A stretch of DNA of 64,000 nucleotides from an uncultured Verrucomicrobiota bacterium (GCA_964640185.1 CAZXGF010000010.1:64162-128161); one strand, 5' to 3'. Positions 34,811 through 45,308 are shown, counted from the stretch's first letter. Notes: generated by a model not told the origin, from the letters alone. A program made the numbers and translations.

Positions 34811-35518
34811 ATGAGAGGAATCGGAGGAACTATGCAAGCCTTTGTTTTGGCGATAATCGTTCTGGCGGTTTTTTCGGTCTCGACGTTTTCGGCCGCATCC
34901 GAGAAGGCGAGCGTGCCCGCGTCTATTCAACAAGCCAAGACCCCTGCCCAGCGAGAAGCCTTTCGCGAGAAGCTCCTGAGAGAACTGGAGCAATTCGCAA
35001 AAACGTATCCCATGTGGAACGTGTCGCCGAGCGACGGACAATTCCTCCGTATCCTTGTCGAGTCCTGTAAGGTCAAACGAGGAGTGGAAATCGGCTCCTC
35101 CGACGGCTATTCGGGCATCTGGATCGGGATGGGCCTCGAGCAAACCGGCGGCAAGCTCATCACGCTCGAAATTGACCACGACCGCGCGCAGATGTGCAAG
35201 GAAAACATCAAAAAAGCCGGCCTCGAAAAGGTGGTCACGGGCATGGAGGGCGATGCTCTCAAGCTCATCCCCACGCTGAAAGGACCTTTCGACTTCGTGT
35301 TCATTGACGCGTGGAAGCCCGATTACAAAAAATACCTCGACATGGTAATGCCCAAAATGCCGGTCGGCGGAGTCATCGCCGCCCATAACGCAATCAAGAT
35401 GGCCACCTCCATGAGCGATTACATTGACGCGGTGAAAACCGATCCTCGCTTCGACACCGTTTTTCTCAGCACAACAATGCGGGACGGTTTCGCCATCACA
35501 TACAAGAAGGCGGAGTAA
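34811..35518 (+). CDS. class I SAM-dependent O-methyltransferase (caffeoyl-CoA OMT family 3) with an N-terminal signal/TM segment
   Basis: Start trimmed to ATG at 34811 after a GGAGGAGGGAAG RBS. VEIGSSDGYSGIWIG...ITLEIDHDRAQMCKEN...FDFVFIDAWKPDY is typical of OMT family 3. The N-terminus AFVLAIIVLAVFSVSTFSAA is hydrophobic. Confidence 0.7.
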   Translation: MRGIGGTMQAFVLAIIVLAVFSVSTFSAASEKASVPASIQQAKTPAQREAFREKLLRELEQFAKTYPMWNVSPSDGQFLRILVESCKVKRGVEIGSSDGYSGIWIGMGLEQTGGKLITLEIDHDRAQMCKENIKKAGLEKVVTGMEGDALKLIPTLKGPFDFVFIDAWKPDYKKYLDMVMPKMPVGGVIAAHNAIKMATSMSDYIDAVKTDPRFDTVFLSTTMRDGFAITYKKAE

Positions 35519-35538
35519 TTGCCGCCCGGGTTACGGAA

Positions 35539-36588
35539 ATGAGATTCTTTTTCCTACTATCGCTGCTTCTGGCGGTCGCATTCATTCCATCAAGTCGCGT
35601 GCGCGCCGCCGAGGCGCTGTACGAAAATCAAAGCCGCTACCACTTGATCCGGGTCATTCAGTCCGGCAGTTTACGCACGCTGACTTTTCGACGGAAGGGA
35701 TACGACCGGAATCAGTCGAGAATGGATATGGCCGACCCCCTGCGCCCTTGCCTCCCCTACTACCGCTTGATGTTCGCCGGTTATCTTTTTGTCCCGAAGC
35801 CGAAGCGCATCCTCGTTGTGGGGTTAGGCGGAGGTATTGTATCTCGCCTTTCGGCTCACTATTTCCCGGAGACACATGTTGACTCCGTTGAGCTCGACCC
35901 CGCAGTGCTGGAAGTCGCAAAGAAGTTCTTCGGGTTTCAGGAGGGGCCGAGACAGCGCGTCTTCGCTCGAGATGCGCGCGTCCAGATTAAGGTCTTTCGC
36001 AGCCAGGGTGTCGTGTACGACATCATCATGCTCGATGCATTCAGCGGCGGATATATCCCCGAGCACCTCATCACAAAGGAGTTTTACCAGGAGTGTCGCG
36101 ACATCCTCTCTCCGGAGGGCGCCATCGTCGTCAATCTCAGGCTTGATTGGGTCATCTACCAGTATCAGAGGCGAACACTCACCGCCGTTCTCGCCGAGCA
36201 ATACCCTTTCGGCGGCGCCTCCGGCAGCGAGATCGTCGTTGCCCTTCCATCCAAAAGAAAGCTCACAAAGGATAACCTTCTTGCCTCAGCCAGAAATCTC
36301 CAGCAAGAGCGGAAGTTCTCCTTCAACCTTCCTGACGTCGCCTCCCAGTTCGATATGGGGCCCGGTTTTCCCCGCCAAGGGCTGATTTTCACCGACGGCC
36401 ACGTCCCCGCAAACATCCTCAAGCAGCAACTTGAAGGCCACTTCGCCCACTATAAGCCACCGGTGCCCGCCTTCGACAGCATTGCCGCCTGGCTGAAAAG
36501 CCACAGGCTTCCGGTCATCTTCCTGGCCCTCGTCTTCATTGTGGTCGCTTACACTTTGCACAGGAGGAAAAGAGGCTTGGCGTCGTGA
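35539..36588 (+). CDS. spermidine-synthase-like (PABS-fold) methyltransferase-family protein with an N-terminal signal peptide and a C-terminal TM helix
   Basis: VVGLGGGIVSRLSAHYFPETHVDSVELDP...IIMLDAFSGGYIPEHL resembles the spermidine synthase fold. It has an N-terminal signal-like segment and a C-terminal hydrophobic helix. Confidence 0.55.
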   Translation: MRFFFLLSLLLAVAFIPSSRVRAAEALYENQSRYHLIRVIQSGSLRTLTFRRKGYDRNQSRMDMADPLRPCLPYYRLMFAGYLFVPKPKRILVVGLGGGIVSRLSAHYFPETHVDSVELDPAVLEVAKKFFGFQEGPRQRVFARDARVQIKVFRSQGVVYDIIMLDAFSGGYIPEHLITKEFYQECRDILSPEGAIVVNLRLDWVIYQYQRRTLTAVLAEQYPFGGASGSEIVVALPSKRKLTKDNLLASARNLQQERKFSFNLPDVASQFDMGPGFPRQGLIFTDGHVPANILKQQLEGHFAHYKPPVPAFDSIAAWLKSHRLPVIFLALVFIVVAYTLHRRKRGLAS

Positions 36589-36735
36589 CGTCGTGGCGAG
36601 AGAAACCGGAGAGAGGAAATCTCTCGCAAAGGCGCGAAGGCGCAAAGAAACGGGCGAAATACGAACGCCAATTGACTGGGGCGTTTCTCCGGCAGTGAAA
36701 GGTCCCTCCGGTGATTGTGCCGCAGGGAAAAGCAT

Positions 36736-37473
36736 TCAGTCTTCAACGACCGAAACAAACCTTTTCTCCAGCTCCGCCAGCGGCATCTCCGCCAGCGAGG
36801 AAAGGAGAACGTCCGCATCCCGCAAATCGGTTTGAGCGGTAATCGAGTTGGGCACCGCGACGCAGAAAATCGCTGCGGCTTCGGCTGACTGCACTCCTTT
36901 CGCGGAATCCTCGAAGGCGATGCAACTTTCGGCGGGGAGGTTGAGCATCTCCAACGCTGTCAGATAGAGTTCGGGATGCGGCTTAATCTGCGATACATCC
37001 GAACCGGTCGCCAGCGCGTCGAAGAAGCCCTCTATCTGAAACCGCGTGAGGTTGGAGACAACCCATTCCCGTGGCGAGCTCGAACATATCGCCAGCTTCA
37101 ATTTCCGCCTTCGGGCTTGATGGAGGTACTGCAAAACCCCGGGTCTGAGCGGTTCATCCCTCATTCTCTCGTCGAAAATCTCCTGCTTGCGACTCCGCAC
37201 TTTCTCCCTATCAACGGGCTTTTTCGCTCTCTGCTCCAAAAACTCCAGCGGGTCGAAGGCGCCTGTCGGCAGGCCGATGATCTGCTGCCAGAATGAGAAC
37301 TCAAGCTCGACCCCGTGCGATTCGATCACTTCCTTCCAGGCGTGGTATCGCGCGGTTTCCGTGTCGAGGATGAGACCGTCGAAATCGAATATCAGGCCTT
37401 CAAGCGATCGTTTCAAGAATCTTTCCTTTCTCTGTCGGGCAAAAGCTGCGTCCTCAAGCTTCGAGAACGTCAT
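36736..37473 (-). CDS. HAD-superfamily hydrolase (subfamily IA; beta-phosphoglucomutase/phosphatase-like)
   Basis: Start trimmed to MTFSKLED after an AGAGAGG RBS. It has the DFDGLILDTE motif I and K...D/ExxD later motifs. Confidence 0.7.
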   Translation of the reverse strand: MTFSKLEDAAFARQRKERFLKRSLEGLIFDFDGLILDTETARYHAWKEVIESHGVELEFSFWQQIIGLPTGAFDPLEFLEQRAKKPVDREKVRSRKQEIFDERMRDEPLRPGVLQYLHQARRRKLKLAICSSSPREWVVSNLTRFQIEGFFDALATGSDVSQIKPHPELYLTALEMLNLPAESCIAFEDSAKGVQSAEAAAIFCVAVPNSITAQTDLRDADVLLSSLAEMPLAELEKRFVSVVED

Positions 37474-38678
37474 CCGCTGCACCTCTCTTTCAGCTTGTCT
37501 GCTACAGCAGCTCCGAGCAAAAAGCATTCGGCGAGAGCATCATCGTCCGGGATATATCTCGTCTTGACGCCTTCCCCCACAAGCTCGACGTTCATGTCAG
37601 CGAGAACGTCTCTGACCTGCTTGACCGCCTCGCCACTCCAACCATATGAGCCGAAGGCGGCGCCGACCAAGTTACGCGGCTTCAAGCCCTTCAGGTACGT
37701 GAGAAGATCGGCAACGGTGGGGAACATATTGTTGTTCAATGTGGGGGAACCAACGAGTAGGGCACCGGCATCGAGTATCTCAGTGGCGACATCGCTGCGG
37801 TGGCACGAGCTGAGCGGCATCACTTTGGCGCTCACGTCGTGCGAAGCCAAACCCTCGCATATCGCGCGTGCCATCATGGCGGTGCTTTGCCACATGGTGT
37901 CGTACACGATGATTGCTTTCTTGAGACGTTCCTGGGCGGCCCACTTGGAATAGTGCTGGAGTATCCTCTCAATGCCCTTTCGCCAAATGGGGCCGTGGTC
38001 AGGCAACAACATCCTGAACGTAAGATCGAGCTTGCCGACCCTCTCCAGTAGCCTGGTGACAAACGGAGAGAACGGCAGCAAAATGTTCGCAAAGTACTTC
38101 GCTGCCTCGTCCTCCAGGATTGCCTCGTCAATCTCATCGTCGAACCGCTCGCTGGAGGCGAGGTGCATGCCGAAGGCATCCTGGGAAAACAGCACCTCCT
38201 CCTCCGCCAGATACGTGAACATGCTGTCCGGCCAATGAAGCATACGCGTCTCGATAAACGACAGGTTCAGGTTCCCGAGACTGAGGCTCTCGCCGTCCTT
38301 TACAGGCACGATTTCCCGGTCCATGTGGAAATGCTCCGACAGAGCCTTGACCCCATTCTCGGAGGCGAACACCTTCTCGGGTTTCACCACGTCCATCACA
38401 TCCGGCAAACATCCGGAATGGTCCATCTCCGAATGGTTTGAGATGATGTAATCAATACTATGTGGGTTAATGACAGAGGCTATCCGGGAGAGCAACTCGT
38501 TTTTGAAAGGCGCCTTGACGGTGTCTATCAAGGTGACTTTGTCGGCGAGAATCAGGTAGGCGTTATACGTTGTGCCGCGGGTGGTCGCATAACCATGAAA
38601 ATTGCGGATGGCCCAGTCCACGGCCCCAACCCAATAGACATGATCGCTCACTCGAGTCGCCTTCAACGGTTCGTTCAT
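37470..38678 (-). CDS. flavodiiron protein (FprA/rubredoxin:oxygen oxidoreductase type; metallo-beta-lactamase plus flavodoxin domains)
   Basis: The HxExDH diiron motif (SNHSEMDHSG) lies in a beta-lactamase-like N-domain, and the C-terminal flavodoxin-like domain has LVGSPTLNNNMFP. 402 aa. Confidence 0.85.
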   Translation of the reverse strand: MNEPLKATRVSDHVYWVGAVDWAIRNFHGYATTRGTTYNAYLILADKVTLIDTVKAPFKNELLSRIASVINPHSIDYIISNHSEMDHSGCLPDVMDVVKPEKVFASENGVKALSEHFHMDREIVPVKDGESLSLGNLNLSFIETRMLHWPDSMFTYLAEEEVLFSQDAFGMHLASSERFDDEIDEAILEDEAAKYFANILLPFSPFVTRLLERVGKLDLTFRMLLPDHGPIWRKGIERILQHYSKWAAQERLKKAIIVYDTMWQSTAMMARAICEGLASHDVSAKVMPLSSCHRSDVATEILDAGALLVGSPTLNNNMFPTVADLLTYLKGLKPRNLVGAAFGSYGWSGEAVKQVRDVLADMNVELVGEGVKTRYIPDDDALAECFLLGAAVADKLKERCSG

Positions 38679-38734
38679 GAAGCCTCCTGCTGAATTCGCA
38701 ACGATTACGGTTAGAGTCTTTCGCCCGGCCCCGG

Positions 38735-39772
38735 TCAGTGATATACGCTGAGGACAATTTTTCCAAATTGGTCACCCTCTTCCATTCGCGCCATAGCTTC
38801 CTTACAGCGATCGAGAGGTTCAACGGAGTCTATGACCGGCTTGAGGCGAGCGATTCTAATCGCTCGAAGCATCTGGCGGAAGTCCTCGTGAGACCCCATG
38901 GTCGATGCCAGGATGGCCAACTGGTTCCAGTACAGTTTTTGCAGATTGGTCTGGGCACTTGCACCGGATGTGACACCGCACAGCACGATTCTCCCTCCCC
39001 GGCGAACAGCCGAGAAATCAATCCGCCACGTTGCAGCCCCAACCGTGTCAAACGCGACGTCAACACCACGGCCGGACGTAACCTCCCTGACGTGCGCAGC
39101 CACGTCCCGCGTCGTGTTATAGTTGATTGTGTGATCGGCTCCAAGCTCTTTTGCGCGAGCCAGTTTCTCATCGGATGAAGAAGTCACGATCACCTCGGCA
39201 CTAACAAGCTTGGCAAGCTGAAGCGCTGCCAGTGCCACGCCTCCGCCAATCCCGTGGATCAAGATACTCTCGCCTGGCCGAAGTTTTGCTCGAGTCATCA
39301 GCATCCTCCAGGCGGTAACGTAGGCCAACGGGAGCGCCGCAGCTTCTCGAAAGTTGAGATGGGACGGTTTAGGATGAAGATTGGCGGCTGGCACGGCAAC
39401 CCGTTCGGCGAACGTGCCTGGCCGCGTCATACCCACAATGCCAAACGTCAGGCACTCGCTTTGCTCGCCGCGATTGCAGAACTCGCAAAATCCACAACTG
39501 AGTCCAGGATTCAAAAGCACCTCATCGCCCACCCTCACACCTTCAACACCCGGGCCGAGTTCCGCAACAACCCCTGCGGCATCAGACCCCAGTATGTGCG
39601 GCATCTCGATAGAGAGGCCCGGACGTCCCCCACGCACCCATATGTCAAGGTGATTAAGGGCGGCGGCGCGAACTTCCAGAATCACTTCGTTGTGGGCCGC
39701 CCTTGGTCTAGTGATTTTCTCAACTCGGACACAATCCAGTCCGCCATGCTCTTGGATAGTGACTGCTTTCAT
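38735..39772 (-). CDS. zinc-type medium-chain dehydrogenase/reductase (alcohol dehydrogenase / quinone oxidoreductase family)
   Basis: GroES-like N-domain, Zn-ligand region and a Rossmann GIGGGVALAALQLAK motif. Confidence 0.8.
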   Translation of the reverse strand: MKAVTIQEHGGLDCVRVEKITRPRAAHNEVILEVRAAALNHLDIWVRGGRPGLSIEMPHILGSDAAGVVAELGPGVEGVRVGDEVLLNPGLSCGFCEFCNRGEQSECLTFGIVGMTRPGTFAERVAVPAANLHPKPSHLNFREAAALPLAYVTAWRMLMTRAKLRPGESILIHGIGGGVALAALQLAKLVSAEVIVTSSSDEKLARAKELGADHTINYNTTRDVAAHVREVTSGRGVDVAFDTVGAATWRIDFSAVRRGGRIVLCGVTSGASAQTNLQKLYWNQLAILASTMGSHEDFRQMLRAIRIARLKPVIDSVEPLDRCKEAMARMEEGDQFGKIVLSVYH

Positions 39773-39863
39773 TCGCTACCTCCGGGGTGGAACAAGCTTC
39801 CTCATGGGCAACTGGCGGGCCTTGATTTGTCGGCTTCTCCCGTGCAGCAGGAGGGCCAACTGC

Positions 39864-40496
39864 TCAAAACGTTTTCGCCTTTTCGCGAGCCGTGCCCATG
39901 GCGTCAATCAGCCTCTGCTTGGCGAGATCGGGACCGCCCTGGAGCGTCGGCTCAACTACGATGTGGCCGATCTCAGTAAAGCCGATGAAACGAAGAATGC
40001 TCTCCAGATACGGCCGCTGGAAATCGAATGCGGCTGAGTCCGCGCCTGCCCGGTATTCCCCGCCCCGCGCAAGGATCAACATAGCCGATCGGCCGGTTAC
40101 CAGTCCTGTGTAACCCTTCTCGGGCGAATAAGCGAACGTATAGCCCGGCTGAACTATCACGTCAAAATACTGCTTCAGACGATAGGGGATGCCGAAGTTC
40201 CACATGGGCGATGAGATCACCAACTTATCTGGTCTCTTGAACCGCTCGACCTCAGCCTCCACCGCTTTCCAGGCGTCCGCTTCCTTGTTGGTGTGGGACT
40301 CTCCATGCAGGATGCGATATTTTGCCCTTGCCGTCAGCCCAAGAAACTCTGGAATCTTGTCCTGCGCCACGTTGATTACATCAACGGTTTCGCCAGGGTG
40401 CGCCTCCAGATAGCTTTCCAGGAAAGCCTCCGCCGCTCGAAGCGAGTAAGACAGCTCCGGCGTGGCTGTTGCCCGAATGTGAAGTACAGTGGCCAT
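39864..40496 (-). CDS. azoR: FMN-dependent NADH-azoreductase (AzoR/AcpD family)
   Basis: MATVLHIRATATPELSYS... and the flavodoxin-like fold motifs of the azoreductase family. 210 aa. Confidence 0.75.
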   Translation of the reverse strand: MATVLHIRATATPELSYSLRAAEAFLESYLEAHPGETVDVINVAQDKIPEFLGLTARAKYRILHGESHTNKEADAWKAVEAEVERFKRPDKLVISSPMWNFGIPYRLKQYFDVIVQPGYTFAYSPEKGYTGLVTGRSAMLILARGGEYRAGADSAAFDFQRPYLESILRFIGFTEIGHIVVEPTLQGGPDLAKQRLIDAMGTAREKAKTF

Positions 40497-40632
40497 TTCA
40501 TATACCTCCTTTCAGACCCACATCATCGAACACTTGGACATGGAAATGAACCTCATGCGCTGGCTGACCATGCCCTCAAACAAGTCCTCGACAGGAAAGC
40601 AGTGAGCTCCTGCTCTAATTCTCGCCCGGAGC

Positions 40633-41442
40633 CTAACCCAACGCTACATCGAGCACCATCATCACGGCAAAGCCTGCGATAAACCCAAGAGTAGCCAGGT
40701 CTGCGTTGCCGCTACGGTGGGATTCCGGCACGACTTCCTCCACGACGACAAAGATCATTGCGCCGGCTGCAAAAGCCAGGGCGTACGGGAGAATCGGCTG
40801 TGCGATAATGACGGCAGCCGCGCCGATAACACCGGCAATCGGTTCGACGAACCCGGACAACTGCCCGTACCAGAAACTCTTCAAGCGAGACATGCCCTCT
40901 CGACGAAGAGGGAGCGCTACCGCAACTCCTTCCGGGAAATTCTGTAGCCCGATTCCGATAGCGAGCGCGACCGCTGCCCCGAAAGTGGCGCCGGGGAAGC
41001 CAACGGCCACTGCGCCAAACGCAACACCAACGGCGAGTCCCTCCGGGATGTTGTGCAATGTTATCGCAAGAACAAGCAATATGCTGCGCCGCCAGGATGT
41101 CTTGATCCCCTCGGCTTCCTCCATGGGAAAACCGAGATGGAGATGGGGAAGAATCATATCAATACCACGCAAGAAAACAGCACCCATCAGGAACCCAATC
41201 ATGGCTGGGAACCAGACGGGAACGCTCCTGCCTTCTGACATCTCAATCGCAGGAGCGAGAAGCGACCAATAGCTGGCGGCCACCATCACTCCACCGGCAA
41301 AACCGAGCATTCCGTCAAGAACCTTTTGGTTCATTTTTTTGAGGAAGAACACCCCGGATGCTCCAAGGGCGGTTACGCCCCAGGTAAAACATGTCGCCAC
41401 AAGAGCTTGCAATACCGGATGAAGCTTCTGCAGAAAACTCAT
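40633..41442 (-). CDS. zupT: ZIP-family divalent metal transporter (ZupT-like)
   Basis: Multiple TM helices with the [10 protein letters not shown] and FPEGVAVA metal-binding signatures. Confidence 0.8.
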   Translation of the reverse strand: MSFLQKLHPVLQALVATCFTWGVTALGASGVFFLKKMNQKVLDGMLGFAGGVMVAASYWSLLAPAIEMSEGRSVPVWFPAMIGFLMGAVFLRGIDMILPHLHLGFPMEEAEGIKTSWRRSILLVLAITLHNIPEGLAVGVAFGAVAVGFPGATFGAAVALAIGIGLQNFPEGVAVALPLRREGMSRLKSFWYGQLSGFVEPIAGVIGAAAVIIAQPILPYALAFAAGAMIFVVVEEVVPESHRSGNADLATLGFIAGFAVMMVLDVALG

Positions 41443-41870
41443 TCTATGACCTGTGGTTCCTTGTGACGGTGAATGAGCGAATACCGATGTCCTTATTCGA
41501 TTCCTCTGCGCCTTTGCGTCTGTGCCCTGAAAATAAGGGCTATGGGGCGGATTGGCGCTCGATATTGAAACAAATTGGACCGGTGCAGCCCTGAGCCGTT
41601 GCAGAATCGCAACAAACGCCTTGGGACCAACCAGAAAAACATTTTCATGTTCTCCCGGTGAACGAAGTTCATGATAGACTGCGTTTTACATTCTTAAATT
41701 GTTTCAATCCCGCCGACGGCGGGACAGAGACGCAGAGTGCTAAGGGGTCTCCCCTTGCTGCCGATGAGCCATCCGAGGCATGGGTGCGGACGTGCCACGG
41801 GCGTCCCGCCCGTGATGCACCATGGGCAAGATGCCCATGCCACGTTTGCCAGTTCGAGCAATCTTCTCTT

Positions 41871-42749
41871 TCATGCAAACTCTTCCATAATCTTGGCGAG
41901 CGCCGCCTTGTCGAGTTGCCGTCCCACTAACGACGCATCACTTAGGACGGAGAATTGTTCCTCGAACGCGGGCCTGTCATTGCGGTAAATCATGCCGATA
42001 GGAATACGGTCCTCCCATTCACGAGCTACCTTCATGGCGGACTCCCAATCGGTCGGGTCATGTTCGTCCGGCAAAACGTAACATCGCTGCTTATACCAGG
42101 CGAAGGTGTTGACTTTGTTGAATGACGGACAGGGCTGAAGGATGTCAACCAGCGAGAGGCCTCGATGAGCGATTCCCTGCTGAATCATGTCAGCCAGATG
42201 GTCTATCTTCCCAGAGAAGCTCCGCGCGACAAATCCTGCGTGCATGGCCACGGCTACGGCAATGGGGTTAAACGGCTCGGCAAGCACGCCCCCCGGTTGG
42301 GCTTTGGTGACAAACCCCGTATCGGAGGTGGGACTTGCCTGCCCCTTGGTCAGACCGTACACCTGATTGTTGTGAACTAACAAAGTCACGTCAACGTTAC
42401 GGCGGATAGCCGCGAGGAAATGGTTTCCGCCCTCGCCATAGTTACATCCGTCGCCGCTCTCGACGATCACGGTCAGCTCCGGGTTAGCGAGCTTGGCGCC
42501 GGTCGCCACGGGCAGAGACCGTCCGTGGAGGCCGTTGAAAACGTTGGCATTCAAATAGTGCGGCGCCTTCGCCGCCTGCCCGATGCCGGATACGAAAAGC
42601 ACCTGATGGGGAATAAGGCCACTGGCTACGAGTGCTTGCTTGACAGCATTCAGAATGGCGAAGTTCCCGCACCCCGGGCACCAGGCTGTCTCATATTTTC
42701 CGTAATCGTCAAGCGTTACCATTGTCCTCCTCGGTTTAGCTTTGGTCAT
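41871..42749 (-). CDS. 2-oxoacid:ferredoxin oxidoreductase beta subunit (two-subunit type, TPP-binding)
   Basis: WCPGCGNFAIL and the TPP motif SGDGCNYGEGGNHF. 4-nt overlap with the alpha gene. Confidence 0.8.
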   Translation of the reverse strand: MTKAKPRRTMVTLDDYGKYETAWCPGCGNFAILNAVKQALVASGLIPHQVLFVSGIGQAAKAPHYLNANVFNGLHGRSLPVATGAKLANPELTVIVESGDGCNYGEGGNHFLAAIRRNVDVTLLVHNNQVYGLTKGQASPTSDTGFVTKAQPGGVLAEPFNPIAVAVAMHAGFVARSFSGKIDHLADMIQQGIAHRGLSLVDILQPCPSFNKVNTFAWYKQRCYVLPDEHDPTDWESAMKVAREWEDRIPIGMIYRNDRPAFEEQFSVLSDASLVGRQLDKAALAKIMEEFA

Positions 42750-44428
42750 CGGTTCAGTTCACGCAGGATGAACTCCGGCGTAATCGGCAATCCGTCGTAT
42801 CGAAGCACCAGCTTCTCGATGAGGAATCCGGTCTCGCGGTAAATCAACCGTGCGAATTGCCCGGTCGCGTTTCCTTCCACACACACCACCTCTCCAGCTT
42901 CCCGAAGAAGCCCCACGAACTGTTCCGGCGCAAGCGGCCATACTTGTGAGAAGTGGAGCGTCGCGACGCGACGGCCCTCCGACGTTAGTTGCGATGCTGC
43001 CTCGTACACCGCTCCCCTGCTCGATCCCCACGACACTAACAGAAGGTCCGGGTTACTGTCTCCGCTGGACTCCGGAGGGATGACCTGTTCGAGGATTCCT
43101 TTCTGCTTTCTCAATCGCTTTTCGACCATCTGACGCCGGACTAAAAGGTCTTCCGTGAGATGTCCGTCTTCCGTATGCTCATCGCTGTCAGTGACAACGA
43201 GGTGCTGGCTCATTCCCGGAAGCAGACGAGGCGAGACACCGCTCTCCGTGAAGGCGTGCCGGCGGTATGGTTCTGAAATGCCCTCTAACTCTGCACCGGC
43301 GCCAAGGGTATAAAGGTGCTCTACCTCAAACGGCGCCACGGCACGCGAAGAATCCGCAAGAAATTGATCCGTCAACACAAACACCGGCCCCTGATAGGAC
43401 TCCGCAAGATCAAATGCACTCCGAGTAAGGTGGAAGCATTCCTCTACCGTGCCGGGCGCCAGGATGGCCCGCGGAAACTCGCCGTGTCCGGCATGGACGA
43501 CGAACTCCAGATCTCCTTGCTCCGTCCGGGTGGGAAGTCCGGTTGCCGGGCCCGGCCTCTGCGCCACTACGACGACCAACGGCGTTTCCGTCATTGCTGC
43601 CAAACTCACGCCCTCCACCATCAGGGCAAATCCGCCGCCGGAGGTGGATACCATGCTGGGCGAACCGGCAAACGAAGCCCCTATGGACATGTTAATCGCG
43701 GCGATCTCATCCTCTGCCTGTTCGACGATCAATCCCATCTCGTTTGCCCGACTCGCCAGGTTCAGCGCAATTGAAGTTGACGGAGTCATGGGATAGAACG
43801 AGTAAAATCTTAGCCCCGCCGATAGGGCGCCCAGCGCAATTGCTTCGTTTCCGTTCATCAGTAAGCGTTTCGGCGGATTCTCGACAGGTCTCAGCTTTTC
43901 AATCAGTGATCGCTGACCCTCGCACCATTGAAAGGACTTCGTCAACGCCTCCTGATTTTGCTCTGCGATCTTCAAGTCCCTCTTTCCAAAGAACTCATCC
44001 ATTGTGCGGGCAACCAGCTCCTCGTCGAGACCCAGCAAAAAGCTCACGACTCCGAGAGCCACAATGTTTGCGAACCGACGCCCCGACAGTTCCTTGAACG
44101 GAATTCTCAAACACAAGTCCCCGGAGACGTCGAAAGCCACATCAACGGCTATAAGACCTCCAGGGGTGAGCTGTCCTCGATGCAAACTCACCGATTCCGC
44201 ATTGAGCGCGACCAAAAGGTCAACCGACTCCTGCGGGGCGACGATCTCGTCAGGGCTGACGCGCACGGCGAAGGTGTTGTGGCCGCCGCGAATCCGGGAT
44301 TGATAGTCCTGAGTGACCACCACAAAATAACCGGTTCGTACGAGGCTTTTCGCGAGCAAATGTCCCACGGTCACCAGTCCCTGCCCCGCCTCCCCTGCTA
44401 TCAGGATGTTGAATGCATTCGGTTTCAT
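42746..44428 (-). CDS. 2-oxoacid:ferredoxin oxidoreductase alpha subunit (fused gamma + alpha domains, two-subunit type)
   Basis: N-terminal gamma-like ILIAGEAGQGLVTVG followed by alpha-domain GNEAIALGALSAGLRFYSFYPMTPST. 560 aa. Confidence 0.8.
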   Translation of the reverse strand: MKPNAFNILIAGEAGQGLVTVGHLLAKSLVRTGYFVVVTQDYQSRIRGGHNTFAVRVSPDEIVAPQESVDLLVALNAESVSLHRGQLTPGGLIAVDVAFDVSGDLCLRIPFKELSGRRFANIVALGVVSFLLGLDEELVARTMDEFFGKRDLKIAEQNQEALTKSFQWCEGQRSLIEKLRPVENPPKRLLMNGNEAIALGALSAGLRFYSFYPMTPSTSIALNLASRANEMGLIVEQAEDEIAAINMSIGASFAGSPSMVSTSGGGFALMVEGVSLAAMTETPLVVVVAQRPGPATGLPTRTEQGDLEFVVHAGHGEFPRAILAPGTVEECFHLTRSAFDLAESYQGPVFVLTDQFLADSSRAVAPFEVEHLYTLGAGAELEGISEPYRRHAFTESGVSPRLLPGMSQHLVVTDSDEHTEDGHLTEDLLVRRQMVEKRLRKQKGILEQVIPPESSGDSNPDLLLVSWGSSRGAVYEAASQLTSEGRRVATLHFSQVWPLAPEQFVGLLREAGEVVCVEGNATGQFARLIYRETGFLIEKLVLRYDGLPITPEFILRELNR

Positions 44429-44522
44429 GACGTTCTCCGCATCGGCTCATGCCTTGCCTGTAAGCCCAGGCGCCACCAGTGCGCTGGAATGAGGCCCATC
44501 TCCACAGACGCCGCTTCAAATA

Positions 44523-45248
44523 TCACCCGCGAATCCGTCTCGCCCGGTCGAACCTGCGGGCGACTTCCTCCCAGTGAATGACGTTCATAATCGCGCTAAC
44601 GTAATCCGCGCGGCGATTCTGGTACTTGAGGTAATAGGCGTGCTCCCATACGTCAATCACAAGTAGCGGCACGGCGCCACACACAACCTGATTCTCATGC
44701 TTTTCGATCTGAAGCACTAACAGCCGCCGCCCCAAAGGCTCGTACGCCAATACGCCCCATCCGCTGCCCGCAACCTTGTTGGCCGCCGCGCTCAGCTGGG
44801 ACACTAGCGCCTCAACCTTCCCGAATTGCGCTTTTAGGGCGGCCAGCAAGGCGCCCCTCGGTTTAGTCGGTTTGGGGTGGAGGTTCGCGAAATAGAGCGT
44901 GTGCAACACGTGTCCGGAGCCATGAAAGGCCAACGCCCGCAACAGAGCCTGCACGGCGCTGAAATCCCCCTTCTTTTGTGCATCTTCCAGTTTTGCCAGC
45001 GTGGCGTTGAGGCCTCGCACGTAGCCCGCGTGGTGTTTATCGTGGTGGATGGTCAGCGTGCGGGCGTCAAGATACGGTTCGAGGGCATCAACCGCGTATG
45101 GCAAATCGGGCAGGGTATATGGCTCAACGCTGCCTGCACGCCGGTTGGCGGTGGCTGCTGAGTCCTTCACTGGCAAACCGACGGCAGCGGCCCCGGCCGC
45201 TGACGCCCCCACCAATCTTATCCATTCTCGCCGAGAAAGTATATCCAC
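44523..45248 (-). CDS. Fe/Mn superoxide dismutase with a twin-arginine (Tat) signal peptide
   Basis: SRREWIRLVGASAAGAAA Tat-like leader. SOD metal ligands (HHDKHHAGY..., D..WEHAYY). Confidence 0.85.
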   Translation of the reverse strand: MDILSRREWIRLVGASAAGAAAVGLPVKDSAATANRRAGSVEPYTLPDLPYAVDALEPYLDARTLTIHHDKHHAGYVRGLNATLAKLEDAQKKGDFSAVQALLRALAFHGSGHVLHTLYFANLHPKPTKPRGALLAALKAQFGKVEALVSQLSAAANKVAGSGWGVLAYEPLGRRLLVLQIEKHENQVVCGAVPLLVIDVWEHAYYLKYQNRRADYVSAIMNVIHWEEVARRFDRARRIRG

Positions 45249-45308
45249 AGTCCTATCCCCCTCCTATGTGATAACCGGTTCAGCTCAACGTTCACAGAAG
45301 CCATTGCT

